64,000 bases of DNA from an uncultured candidatus Porisulfidus sp. (GTDB lineage Bacteria > Pseudomonadota > Gammaproteobacteria > Poriferisulfidales > Poriferisulfidaceae), in NCBI GenBank assembly GCA_965116025.1, contig OZ220480.1, positions 928,001 through 992,000 on the forward strand. The letters are read 5' to 3'. The notes beneath the pieces are model-generated. The model did no database searches and was not told the origin of the DNA. It saw only the letters and a program-made list of their open reading frames with translations. Below, piece by piece: positions 23,229 to 32,835 of the stretch. Numbering within the stretch: position 1 is the stretch's first letter; every line of letters starts with the position of its first letter. The position numbers were made by a program, and so were the translations under genes.

Positions 23229-23962
23229 TCGAGCGACCGCCAGAACGCCCGCGCCAGTTCCGCGCATCGATCCGGCCGCGCCAGCGGAAGCGCGTGTCCG
23301 GAATCGGAAATTCGGTCAATGCGGGCCTCGGGCCGCAGGGCGCGAAGAGACGGGATCGCGCTCGCCGGGAGCAACGCGTCGGCGTCTCCCAAAACGCATT
23401 GCTGGGGAGTTGGGCAACGCGCCCACGTCGCGCGCTCGTCGGCGCGCTCGAGAAGGTCCAGTCCCGCGTCGAGCGTCGCCTGGTCCGGGATGGGCGCGCC
23501 GCGCAACCGGTCGCGAATCTGGCGCGCTCGGTCGTCTCCCTGGGCGACCAGTCCCGCGAAATGGCGCATGGCGGCGGCGCGGTCTCGCCGGACGCGGGCG
23601 CGGAAATCTCGAAACGCCGCGGGTTCGATAGCGTGGGGCCAGTCGTCGCCCGCGACCATGCGCGGCTGCGCGGCGATCAGGGTCAGGGAGCGCGGGCGAA
23701 GTCCGTCCGCAAGCGCGCGCAGCGCCACCAGCCCTCCCATCGACCAACCGATCCAATGCGCGTCCTCATGCGCCGCCAGCCGCTCGGAGTCCGGCCCCTC
23801 GGTCTCGCCGGCATTCCCGCCGTAGCCGGCGAGCGGGAACGGATGGACTTTATAATTGGGGGCGAGCCTCCTCGCCATGGGCTCCCATATGAACGAGCCG
23901 AACCCGAATCCGTGAATCAGGATCACCGGCGTCGGCGCGCTGCTGGAATTCGGATTGCCCAT
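23225..23962 (-). CDS. bioH: Pimeloyl-ACP methyl ester carboxylesterase
   Basis: LIHGFG, GWSMGG nucleophile, D..L, GH; overlaps the bioC start. Confidence 0.8.
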   Translation of the reverse strand: MGNPNSSSAPTPVILIHGFGFGSFIWEPMARRLAPNYKVHPFPLAGYGGNAGETEGPDSERLAAHEDAHWIGWSMGGLVALRALADGLRPRSLTLIAAQPRMVAGDDWPHAIEPAAFRDFRARVRRDRAAAMRHFAGLVAQGDDRARQIRDRLRGAPIPDQATLDAGLDLLERADERATWARCPTPQQCVLGDADALLPASAIPSLRALRPEARIDRISDSGHALPLARPDRCAELARAFWRSLE

Positions 23963-24584
23963 GAGCGCTGACATTTACTCTTCGCTGGTGCTGCTGGCCG
24001 TCGCGCTGGGCGGTTATCTTATCGGCGCGGTCAACAGCGCCTTGATTATAAGCAGGGCCTTCGGTCGGCCGGACCCGCGCGCCGAAGGCTCCGGCAATCC
24101 CGGCGCGACCAACATGCTGCGGGTCGGCAAGCACAAGGGGTGGGCCGCGGCCACCTTGGCCGGGGATATGGGCAAGGGGGCGCTGGCGGTGGCGTTGGCG
24201 GCCCACTTCGCGGAGCCATACGTCTCGACCGGCTGGCCATCGCCGGGCGTGGTGGCCGCCGTGATGGCGGTGGTCGGCCACGCGTGGCCGGTCTACCACC
24301 GCTTTCAGGGAGGCAAGGGCGTCGCGACCTTGGCTGGAGCGGTGGCCGTTCTGCATCCTGGACTGCTGGCGATGGGGCTGGCGACCTGGTCGCTTGGCTA
24401 CGCGCTGTACCGTCGGGTGTCGGCCGCGTCCATCGCGGTGGGCGTGGCGTTGCCGCTCTACGCTTGGGCAGTGGGGCGGGACTGGGATCTCCCGCTGGCG
24501 GGTCTGGCTCTGGGCGCGCTGCTGCTCTACCGACACAAGGAGAACTGGGAGCGCCTGCGTCGCGGCGCGGAAACGAGCCCGTGA
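23961..24584 (+). CDS. plsY: Glycerol-3-phosphate acyltransferase
   Basis: GSGNPGATN, D..KG, GH.WPV...F.GGKGVAT, RHKEN..RL. Confidence 0.95.
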   Translation: MSADIYSSLVLLAVALGGYLIGAVNSALIISRAFGRPDPRAEGSGNPGATNMLRVGKHKGWAAATLAGDMGKGALAVALAAHFAEPYVSTGWPSPGVVAAVMAVVGHAWPVYHRFQGGKGVATLAGAVAVLHPGLLAMGLATWSLGYALYRRVSAASIAVGVALPLYAWAVGRDWDLPLAGLALGALLLYRHKENWERLRRGAETSP

Positions 24585-24752
24585 ATCGAGAAGGACTGGT
24601 GGCCGGAGCCGAATCTTCGCTCCCGCCTAACGAGGTTTCGGGGGCGGGCTTGGCCATTTTGCGAAGTCCTTCTCAAAGCGCGCTTGGTGGTGGAACGTTC
24701 GTCGGCGTGGTGTCGCCGCGGTGCGGATTCCCGACCCGCGCCAGTGGAGCGA

Positions 24753-25284
24753 TCACTCGTTGGAGAGACTGGCGACAGGGTCGCGCGCGAGAAGCTCCAA
24801 TCGCTTGAAAATCTCGTCGTGCGGCAAAAAAAACCGCTCTGTCTTCCTTCCAGGTATTGAGCGCTCGAATCAGCGCGGTTCTCGCGCAGCTTCCGTTCGC
24901 GTAAAATTCGTCGACTATCCAAAGAACGCCGTGCGCGCGCAAGCCGCGCTCAATGGCCACCCTGCGAAGCGCCGCGTCGCCGGTCAGCAAAATGCCCGCA
25001 TAGGCTTTCGCGGTGACGAGACAGAAGCAATCATTCGCGGAAAGGCCCGGATGGCGTGCCTTGAGCGCGATGGCTTGACCGATTTCCTCCGGCGTCAGAT
25101 CTCGCGTGATCATGCCTGCGGCCTCAAGCGCTCGCCATTGTCGCGGGGGCATGTCGAGCATTTCATGCTCGCGTATGGGGAGAGGAACCACAACCCGATA
25201 GGGCAAGCGGCAAAGCTCCTCCAGCAAGCCGCCTTTTCGCAAATCGATCAGGCAGGAAGCGTCATTCACGAGAATCCGCGTCAT
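24753..25284 (-). CDS. PIN-domain protein (apparent +1 frameshift in a T8 run near the 3' end)
   Basis: ILVNDASCLIDL, LS.ND, LLTGD..LR, HGVLW; removing one T at 24826-24833 gives ...VFLPHDEI...* at 24753; as read it runs to 24673. Confidence 0.8.
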
Positions 25285-26366
25285 TCGGGTGGTGGTCCAC
25301 TGATTTGCCGCTCGACGAGATCCAGAGGCTGATCCAGAAGCTCGGCCGCGCGCGCGGGAGAAATCAATTCCTCGCTGACCGCTCGCGCGACGAGGCTCTT
25401 GAAGCGGCGAGGCTTCTCGAAGGCCGCGAACCCGTGATCCGGGCCGATAGGATCCGGTTCCGATTTGCGCCAAGTTTTCGCGAAGGTCATGAAAGCGCGG
25501 CGCACGGAGGCGGTCGTCAAGACTCCGACTTGCCCGAGACGGATCAGCACGGCCGCCGCCGAGACGCCGAAGGCGCGCTTTAAGCGGATGATCTCGTAAT
25601 AGGAAACCCGCCGGCGGCTTTCTCCAGCCTCCTCCCGGAGGCGCTGGCCGGGGATCAGGAACGCGCCGGCAAAACGGTCCATCGCCGCTTCCAGCCCAAT
25701 TTCCGAATCGCCAGTGGAGCGAACGATTCTGTGGGCGAGCTCGTGAGCGAGCGTGAAGCGCTTGCGCTCCACGCCAATCCGGCTAGAGACGACTACGGCC
25801 TCGGCGACGCTCTCGTTCCCCCGCATGGCATGGCAGGAAAGGCCGTTGACGCTCTCGGGGAGGTTCGCGTCCACCACCTTGATCCCTTTTTCCTCGAGCA
25901 GCTCGCACAGGCTGGGAATCGGATCCATGCCGAGGCCCCAGTGATCGCGCAGCTGGTTGGCCCTGTCATCGATCTGGGCTTCGCTGGTGACGTGGCCGCG
26001 CCACCACCCATCGATCCAGTCGGCGGTGACCCGCATGTCGAGAATCCGCTCGACCGCCAGGTAGCGTTCCAGGTTATCTATCAGAATCGCTTCGGCCTTG
26101 GCGCGATCACGGACGGAAGCGCCGGAGCGCTTACGAAACTCAACGCCATCGATCTCCTCGACTTGCGCGCTCATAAGGAAGTCCAGAGAGACGTTGAGAG
26201 CTTTGCCGAGTCCGACCAGAACGGCCGAGGAGGGAAGCATCTTCCCCGTTTCGTATTTGCTGATCGCCTGCGCGGTCACTTTCGGGGTCGCCGCCTCGGC
26301 GAGCGCCCGCATGGACAGGCCCGCCCGCTTGCGGGCGAGCCGTAGTCGTTGCCCAAACATCGTCAC
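25281..26366 (-). CDS. XRE HTH + ImmA/IrrE metallopeptidase-domain protein
   Basis: N-terminal HTH (AISKYETG), RFTLAHELAH, FAGAFLIP, FGVS. Confidence 0.92.
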   Translation of the reverse strand: MTMFGQRLRLARKRAGLSMRALAEAATPKVTAQAISKYETGKMLPSSAVLVGLGKALNVSLDFLMSAQVEEIDGVEFRKRSGASVRDRAKAEAILIDNLERYLAVERILDMRVTADWIDGWWRGHVTSEAQIDDRANQLRDHWGLGMDPIPSLCELLEEKGIKVVDANLPESVNGLSCHAMRGNESVAEAVVVSSRIGVERKRFTLAHELAHRIVRSTGDSEIGLEAAMDRFAGAFLIPGQRLREEAGESRRRVSYYEIIRLKRAFGVSAAAVLIRLGQVGVLTTASVRRAFMTFAKTWRKSEPDPIGPDHGFAAFEKPRRFKSLVARAVSEELISPARAAELLDQPLDLVERQISGPPPE

Positions 26367-26624
26367 ATCCTCATACCCATATAATGAAACTTGAAGTTGA
26401 CATTATAAGTTTTCTATGAAAAATTTTCAACCAATTGCTTTCTTGGGGAGGCTTCTCCGCGCGCGACGTCGGGACGGAAGTCGAGATTCTCGCTCAAAGG
26501 CGAGCTCTGGAACGTTTCGCTTGCGGGAGTCCGGCCCACGCGGCTCTCGTTTTCGGAAAGGGCCCTAAAAAACCATGAAAATTAGAACTATAGATTCTAT
26601 TTTTCATGGTATTATTCGCTCCTG

Positions 26625-27776
26625 ATGAGACCTCGGGACATGCATTTGCGCGCGCTGGAGAGGCGTATTCGCGCCAACCCGGTCGTGTGCATGCTGGGAG
26701 CTCGGCAAGTGGGCAAGACGACGCTGGCGCGCGAGCTGGCGCGCCGCCGGCGTGGGAAGTCGCACTTCTTCGATCTCGAAGCCTCCGCCGACCTGGCTCG
26801 GCTGACGGCGGATCCGTCGCTGGCGTTGTCGCCCTTGCGCGGACTGGTGGTTCTGGACGAGATCCAGCGACTCCCCGAAATTTTTCCGACCCTCCGGGTG
26901 CTGGCCGACCGCCCGCGCAGTCCGGCCCGATTCCTGATACTCGGAAACGCCTCTCCAGATCTGTCGCGCCAAAGCTCCGAGACTCTCGCTGGGCGCGTTT
27001 CCTACTACTCGTTGCCGGGATTCAACCTCCAGGAGATCCCGGCCCGCGAATCCGATCGTCTCTGGATCCGGGGCGGTTTTCCACGTTCGTTCACGGCGCG
27101 TGGCAATGCTGACAGTCTTCGCTGGAGGAGCGATTTCATCCGCAGTTTTCTGGAGCGGGATATCGGACAGCTGGGGATCACGATTCCGAGCGCGACTCTG
27201 GACCGCTTTTGGGCCATGCTGGCGCATGCGCACGGACAACTGTGGAACGGTTCCGAGTTGGGCCGCGCGTTCGGCGTGTCATACCATACCGTCCGTCGCT
27301 ACCTGGACGCGCTGGAATCGACGTTCATGATCCGGCGCCTGAAGCCTTGGCATGCCAACCTCCGCAAGCGACAGGTGAGGTCCCCGAAAATCTACTTCCG
27401 GGATACCGGTTTGCTGCATAGTTTCTTGGGGACGTCGACGCGCGAGGAGCTGGAGCGGCATCCCAAGGTTGGGGCTTCTTGGGAGGGTTTTATCATCGAG
27501 AACCTGATCCAGGCCCTGGACGCCGAGGGACGGCGGTGTTATTTCTGGGCCACCCACTCCGGGGCCGAGATCGATCTGGTGGTGAACCAGGGTGGCCGCA
27601 TGCGCGGCTTCGAGATCAAGCGCACGGTGGCCCCCAAACTGACTCGCTCCATCAAGACGGCCTTGGAGGATCTCGATTTGAGTCGGGTCGACGTAATCCA
27701 TGCCGGAGAGGAAAGCTTCCCGTTGGCTCGAAAGGTTCGGGCCGTCGCGGCGCGGCGGATGCTGGAGGAGATATAG
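26625..27776 (+). CDS. AAA_14 ATP-binding protein with DUF4143 / PD-(D/E)XK C-terminus
   Basis: GARQVGKTT, LDEIQ, ETLAGR, GGFP, PKIYFRDTGL, EIDL...FEIK. Confidence 0.9.
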   Translation: MRPRDMHLRALERRIRANPVVCMLGARQVGKTTLARELARRRRGKSHFFDLEASADLARLTADPSLALSPLRGLVVLDEIQRLPEIFPTLRVLADRPRSPARFLILGNASPDLSRQSSETLAGRVSYYSLPGFNLQEIPARESDRLWIRGGFPRSFTARGNADSLRWRSDFIRSFLERDIGQLGITIPSATLDRFWAMLAHAHGQLWNGSELGRAFGVSYHTVRRYLDALESTFMIRRLKPWHANLRKRQVRSPKIYFRDTGLLHSFLGTSTREELERHPKVGASWEGFIIENLIQALDAEGRRCYFWATHSGAEIDLVVNQGGRMRGFEIKRTVAPKLTRSIKTALEDLDLSRVDVIHAGEESFPLARKVRAVAARRMLEEI

Positions 27777-27912
27777 CCGGGGAAGCGAGCCTTGGCGGGG
27801 AATCTGGAAGAGGCTCGCTCCATGTCGGATCCGGGACGCGCGGTGGGCGATTCGCCGCGCAAGCGGCGCGCGGACGCTCCCGGCCCTGCGAACAAGTAGA
27901 ATAGAGACGCGC

Positions 27913-27986
27913 GCGGGTGTAGTTCAATGGTAGAACATCAGCTTCCCAAGCTGATAACGAGGGTTCGATTCCCTTCACCCGCTCCA
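27913..27986 (+). tRNA. tRNA-Gly (CCC)
   Basis: GCGGGTG/CACCCGC acceptor stem, TT-CCC-AA anticodon loop, TTCGATT, encoded CCA. Confidence 0.97.
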
Positions 27987-27999
27987 CCGTCGCACGCTG

Positions 28000-29112
28000 A
28001 TGGACGATACGGCCACCTTCGCCAGCTTGGACCCGCAAGCGTTCATGCGCGATATCCTGCAGCGCGTCGCGACCGGCCCGGAGTACAGCAAGGATATTTC
28101 GCGGGAAGAGGCGCGGGGCGCGGTCAACGTTATTCTGGATGGCCGAGGAGACTTGGTGCAGGCGGGGATTTTCCTCATCGCGATGCGCATGAAGCGGGAG
28201 ACTCTGGAGGAGAACGCCGGAGCCTTGGACGCGTTGCGCGACCACGCCGAGTCGGCGGTGGCGGACGTGGACCGGGTCGTGGTCGTGGCCGAGCCTTGCG
28301 ACGGCTTCGTTCGGGGATTGCCGGTCGGGGTCTTCCTGCCGCCCGTCCTGAGCGCCTGCGGGACGCCCGCGATCTGCCATGGCGCCGAGATGGTCGGGCC
28401 GAAGTTCGGGGTGACGCCGAGGCAGGTCTTCAGCATCTGTGGCGCGAGCGTGGACCATGAGATCGTCGACGCGGCCGCGCGGGTGGCGGATCCCGAAATC
28501 GGCTGGTGCTACGTGGACCAGTCGCGGTCCTGTCCCGCTCTGCATCAATTGCAGGGCCTCCGAGAACGCATCGTGAAACGTCCGTTGCTGAGCACGGTGG
28601 AAGTGCTGCTCTCGCCGGTGCGCGGGCGCGCGGAGACGCATCTGGTGACCGGGTATGTGCATAAGCCCTATCCTCCGGTGTACGCGCATCTGGCCCGCGT
28701 CGCGGGATTCGCCTCGGCGCTGATCGTGCGCGGCGTGGAGGGCGGCGTGTTCCCGTCGCTGAAGCAGGCCGGAAAGGCGTTCGGGTTTCATGGCGACGAG
28801 GAGGAGACGGAATGGAACTTTCATGCCGACGACGTGGGACTCGCGCGCGACAGCCGCGCGGTGCCCCTGCCGGACGATTTGCCGGACGATAAACCGGCGT
28901 GGAGGGATCGGGTGACGCGGGCGGCCGGCATGGCTGGACTCGACGCGATGCTCGGGCGGGACGGGCCGGCCAAAGACAGTCTGCAGTACGCCGCGGCGGT
29001 GATCCTGGCGCACCTTGACGGTAGCCGGGACATCCGCCGCCATTATCGAGCGGCGCGCGAGGCCATCGAAAGCGGACGGGCGCGGGCGCGCTTCGAGGCG
29101 GGGGCGCTCTGA
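28000..29112 (+). CDS. Anthranilate phosphoribosyltransferase-like (glycosyltransferase family 3 / YbiB-like) protein
   Basis: ATGP..SKDISREEA, QAGIFLIAMRMKRET..E, HG...GPK.G, RGVEG; lacks the TrpD GTGGD motif. Confidence 0.75.
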   Translation: MDDTATFASLDPQAFMRDILQRVATGPEYSKDISREEARGAVNVILDGRGDLVQAGIFLIAMRMKRETLEENAGALDALRDHAESAVADVDRVVVVAEPCDGFVRGLPVGVFLPPVLSACGTPAICHGAEMVGPKFGVTPRQVFSICGASVDHEIVDAAARVADPEIGWCYVDQSRSCPALHQLQGLRERIVKRPLLSTVEVLLSPVRGRAETHLVTGYVHKPYPPVYAHLARVAGFASALIVRGVEGGVFPSLKQAGKAFGFHGDEEETEWNFHADDVGLARDSRAVPLPDDLPDDKPAWRDRVTRAAGMAGLDAMLGRDGPAKDSLQYAAAVILAHLDGSRDIRRHYRAAREAIESGRARARFEAGAL

Positions 29113-29127
29113 GGGGCCGTGGTGGCG

Positions 29128-29553
29128 ATGGACGAATCGACCCGGCTGGCCCTGGAAAGCGGCATCGCGGCGTTCGCGTCGAAGCAGTTCGCGCGCGCCC
29201 TCCAATTGCTGACCCCGCTGGCGGAGGCGGGAGAGCCGGAAGCCCAGTATCGATGCGCGATCATGTTCCAGAACGGACTTGGGTGCGTGGCGGACGCCGA
29301 GCGGGCCTTCGCTTGGATGACCGCCGCGGCCGAGGCTGGCTTGGCGCTGGCGCAGCACGGCCTCGGCTTCATGTATATGGAGGGGGAGTGCGTCGAGCAG
29401 GACGGGGAGCGCGCCGCGCTCTGGTACGAGAAGGCGGCGGCCCAGGGCCTCGCCGGCTCGCTGACCACGCTGGCCATGATGTATGAGGAGGGGAAGCTGG
29501 TGCCGCGGGATCCGGAGCGCGCTCGGGCGCTGTACAAGAAAGCGGGGTTCTGA
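29128..29553 (+). CDS. Sel1-repeat protein
   Basis: Three SLR units (AQ..LG.MY..G..V.QD...A..WY.KAA.QG). Confidence 0.9.
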   Translation: MDESTRLALESGIAAFASKQFARALQLLTPLAEAGEPEAQYRCAIMFQNGLGCVADAERAFAWMTAAAEAGLALAQHGLGFMYMEGECVEQDGERAALWYEKAAAQGLAGSLTTLAMMYEEGKLVPRDPERARALYKKAGF

Positions 29554-29558
29554 GCGCG

Positions 29559-30605
29559 ATGCGCCCGTCTCAGCTGGCCCGGGTGCTGGAGGAGGAGTTT
29601 CGCGGCGCCGCTCGGGGGCACCATACGCCGGCCATGGTCTGGGGGCCACCGGGCGTCGGCAAGTCGCAGATCGTGGCGCAGGTCGCTGACCGCCACTCGG
29701 CTCCGGTAATCGATATCCGGCTCTCGCAGATGGAGCCGAGCGACTTGCGCGGGATCCCGTTTCGCGTGGACGACACGGTGGACTGGGCGATTCCGGCCAT
29801 GCTTCCGAACGAGGAGCGCCACGGCCCCAGCGGAATCCTTTTTCTGGACGAGATAACGTCGGCCGCGCCGACCGTCTCCGCCGCCGCCTACCAGTTGATT
29901 CTGGACCGACGGCTCGGCCACTATCGGGCGCCGGAGGGCTGGGCCATTTTCGCGGCCGGAAACCGGCAGGGCGATCGGGGAGTAACCTACGCGATGCCTT
30001 CGCCGCTCGCCAACCGTTTCGCGCACTTCGAGCTGGAGGTCCATCTGGACGATTGGGTTCGATGGGCCTACGGCGCGGGGATTGACGACCGGGTGATCGG
30101 CTTCCTCCGATTGCGTCCAGAGTCGCTGTTCGACTTCGATGCCGAGCATAATCCCACCGCGTTTCCCACCCCGCGCTCCTGGGAATTCGCGCATCGGGCG
30201 TTGCGAAAGTTCGAGTCCGATCCCTCAGTGCTGGGCGAGGCGCTCCGGGCCTGCGTCGGGCCGGCGGCGGGAACGCAGCTGCATGCCTTCGTCCAGCATG
30301 CCGCGGAGTTGCCGGACTTGGAAGACGTGCTGGCGGGGAAGGACGCGGCCGTTCCAGAGTCGGTGGATCTGCAGTACGCCGTGGCGGCCGCGCTGGTGGG
30401 TCGGGCGGTGCGCGCCGCCGAAGAGTCCGCGCTCGACGGGACGCTGGGCCCGATCCTGACGTACGCCAAGCGATTCCCGCAACGCGAGATCGGCGTCATG
30501 CTGGTCTGCGACTTGCTGCGCGGGGTTGGGGAAGAAGTGGTTTTCCAAGCTCCGGAGTTTCGACCTTGGGCGGATCAGGTCGCGGAGCTGCTGGTCTACG
30601 ATTGA
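29559..30605 (+). CDS. MoxR-like AAA+ ATPase
   Basis: WGPPGVGKS, DIRLSQ, GILFLDEI, AAGN, LANRF, PTPRSW. Confidence 0.9.
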   Translation: MRPSQLARVLEEEFRGAARGHHTPAMVWGPPGVGKSQIVAQVADRHSAPVIDIRLSQMEPSDLRGIPFRVDDTVDWAIPAMLPNEERHGPSGILFLDEITSAAPTVSAAAYQLILDRRLGHYRAPEGWAIFAAGNRQGDRGVTYAMPSPLANRFAHFELEVHLDDWVRWAYGAGIDDRVIGFLRLRPESLFDFDAEHNPTAFPTPRSWEFAHRALRKFESDPSVLGEALRACVGPAAGTQLHAFVQHAAELPDLEDVLAGKDAAVPESVDLQYAVAAALVGRAVRAAEESALDGTLGPILTYAKRFPQREIGVMLVCDLLRGVGEEVVFQAPEFRPWADQVAELLVYD

Positions 30606-31738
30606 TGCCAGCGGCGCGCGACGCGAAAATCCGGCTGGCGCGGGCCCGTGCCCGACTGGTTCTGGATCGTCCGTTTTTGGGCGCGCTGGCGTTGCGACTG
30701 CCTCTGGTGGAAGGTGGGGACTGGTGCCGGACCACCGCCACCGACGCGATCAATTTCTACTACAACCCGGACTACATGGACCGGCTGACCGGAGAGGAAA
30801 TCCAGTCGGCGCTCTGTCACGAGGCGCTCCACTGCGCGCTTCTTCATCTGCATAGGAAAGGGCGCCGCGCGCGAGGGCGCTGGGATGTCGCCTGCGATTA
30901 CGCGGTGAACGGCTTGCTGGTCGCCGAGGACATGATCCTCCCCCAAGGCGCTCTGCACGAACCGAAGTTCGCGGATCTCACCGCGGAGGAGATCTATCCT
31001 TGCCTCGACGAGATGGAGGACAAGCGGACCCAGGATTTGCATATGTACCGCGACTCGCCGACTCGGGACGTTCCGCTCGGGGGTCCACCTCCGCTGGATT
31101 CAGCGAAGCGGGAGGCCATGGCTTCCACTTGGCGAGCCCGGGTCGCGAGCGCTCTGGAAGCGACCCGGCGGGCCGGACGGTCGTCCGAGAGTTTCGAGCG
31201 GCATTTCTCTGCGCAGTCGACGCCGCGCTTGCCGTGGAGGCAACTGCTCGCCCGTCACGCTGGCGCGCTGGCGCGCGACGACTACAGCTATCAGCGCGCT
31301 TCCACGCGGCGGGAAGGCCCCGCCATCTACCCAAGCCTGCGCGGTCGCGAGATCGATCTGGTCGCCGCTTTGGACGTCAGTGGCTCGATCTCGGAATCCG
31401 AGATCGCGGAGTTCGTTGGTGAGGTGAACGCGATCAAGGGAACCTTGCGCGCTCGCATCACGTTGCTGTCCTGCGACCAGGACCTGTCCCCGGAAGCCCC
31501 GAAAACGTTCGAGCCTTGGGAAACGTTGGAAATGCCGACCCGGGTTAGCGGAGGCGGCGGCACGTCATTTCGGCCGGTCTTCGAATGGGTGGGTCGCCAA
31601 GACCGCGCGCCAGACCTGTTGCTGTATTTCACGGATGCCCAGGGCCGCTATCCGGACTCCGAGCCGCGCTATCCGGTATTATGGTTGGTCAAGGGCCGCG
31701 CGCGCGTGCCGTGGGGCGAGAGAGTCCAGTTGAACTGA
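30605..31738 (+). CDS. DUF2201-type metallopeptidase + VWA domain protein
   Basis: TTATD, HEALH (HExxH), D..VN, MIDAS DVSGS, GGGGTSF.PVF, YFTD. Confidence 0.88.
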   Translation: MPAARDAKIRLARARARLVLDRPFLGALALRLPLVEGGDWCRTTATDAINFYYNPDYMDRLTGEEIQSALCHEALHCALLHLHRKGRRARGRWDVACDYAVNGLLVAEDMILPQGALHEPKFADLTAEEIYPCLDEMEDKRTQDLHMYRDSPTRDVPLGGPPPLDSAKREAMASTWRARVASALEATRRAGRSSESFERHFSAQSTPRLPWRQLLARHAGALARDDYSYQRASTRREGPAIYPSLRGREIDLVAALDVSGSISESEIAEFVGEVNAIKGTLRARITLLSCDQDLSPEAPKTFEPWETLEMPTRVSGGGGTSFRPVFEWVGRQDRAPDLLLYFTDAQGRYPDSEPRYPVLWLVKGRARVPWGERVQLN

Positions 31739-31740
31739 CC

Positions 31741-32835
31741 GTGCCGCTGGCCGAGTCCGATTCGCTACGTTTGAACGTGCTGCTGACTCAGCCGTTGCGA
31801 GCGATTCGCATCGATGAGTCGCGAATGCGCTTGGAAGCCTTGACCGAGCGGGGCGAGGCGCGGGTGCCCCTGCATCCGAACGCCCGCCCGGAATCCTATC
31901 TGCGCGAGGTTCGCGCCTTGCTGTCCACTCGGGTCCTAGGGTCGCCGGGCGGATATCCGTTGTACATCCGGCGTTGGACCCGCATGGGCCAAGCCCGCGA
32001 CGATGGCGCGCTGGAGCGCTTGCTGCTTCTGGGCGAGCCGGAAGCGGTGGCGGCGGTGGTCCATGCGCCGGGCCTGACGGAGGAGCTCGCGCGACGGGCA
32101 TGGTGGGCGGAGCCGAACGCGGAGCACGCCCGCCGGATGCTGGATAGCGCGGCCGTCTCTGACGGCGCGCTGGGCGCGACGCTGGTGGAATATCTCCTCG
32201 AATTCTTGCCATTCGAGGAACAGCCTGGCGACGTCATCGCGTCGCTGCGGCGCCTGCTACCCCATCCATCGCTAACGGAAGAGCGCAGAGCGGATTTGTG
32301 GAAACGGACCCAGCGACAGTCCGCTTACTTGGTCGGATTCTTATCGGCCGGGGCTGAGAGTCTCCCGAAGACGCATCCGTCGCACCCGAAGGTCGAGGAA
32401 ATTCGGGCGGGCCTCGAAGAAAATCCAGAGGGTCCTCTCGCGGCGCGTCTTCTATGGGCGTTCGGGGCCTCGGGTCAGGGGTTTCTCGCGGCGGCCCGAA
32501 AAGCGCTCGCGCGACCGTCCAACCAGGACGTCGCGGTCGCTCTGTTGAACGCGATTGGAAAGGCGTTCGCCTTGCCCGAAACGACCGCGTCGTTCCGAAC
32601 GATCAAAGCGTTGGAGGCGGACGCTGAGGCCGAGCCGAGTGGATCTCCGTGGGAGGAGAAGAAAGGTTTTTCCGAATTCCGCCGCTCCGCGCTGTGCTTA
32701 GCTCGGGTCGGGGAGCGCCTTCTCGATCCGATCTTCGGGGTGAGCGACGCGGTGGGATCGGTCATGCGTCGTCGCATCGAGCCGGTCGTTCTGCCGATCC
32801 AGCAATACCTGGAGCGTCTGTCTGGCCATGAATGA
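31741..32835 (+). CDS. dsrS: Sulfur oxidation protein DsrS
   Basis: LRLNVLL....AIRIDES, LGSPGGYP.Y..RWTRMGQ, LLLLGEPEAV.AV, ARRAWW, GSVMRRRIEPV recognised as DsrS family. Confidence 0.85.
   Translation: MPLAESDSLRLNVLLTQPLRAIRIDESRMRLEALTERGEARVPLHPNARPESYLREVRALLSTRVLGSPGGYPLYIRRWTRMGQARDDGALERLLLLGEPEAVAAVVHAPGLTEELARRAWWAEPNAEHARRMLDSAAVSDGALGATLVEYLLEFLPFEEQPGDVIASLRRLLPHPSLTEERRADLWKRTQRQSAYLVGFLSAGAESLPKTHPSHPKVEEIRAGLEENPEGPLAARLLWAFGASGQGFLAAARKALARPSNQDVAVALLNAIGKAFALPETTASFRTIKALEADAEAEPSGSPWEEKKGFSEFRRSALCLARVGERLLDPIFGVSDAVGSVMRRRIEPVVLPIQQYLERLSGHE

Noticed and set aside
24600-27990. tRNA-Gly-anchored integrative element
   Set aside because: Accessory genes lie 5' of the tRNA; no integrase and no duplicated tRNA end found by eye.
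28000-29112. trpD call
   Set aside because: Lacks the PRPP-binding GTGGD and KHGN motifs and has no trp context.
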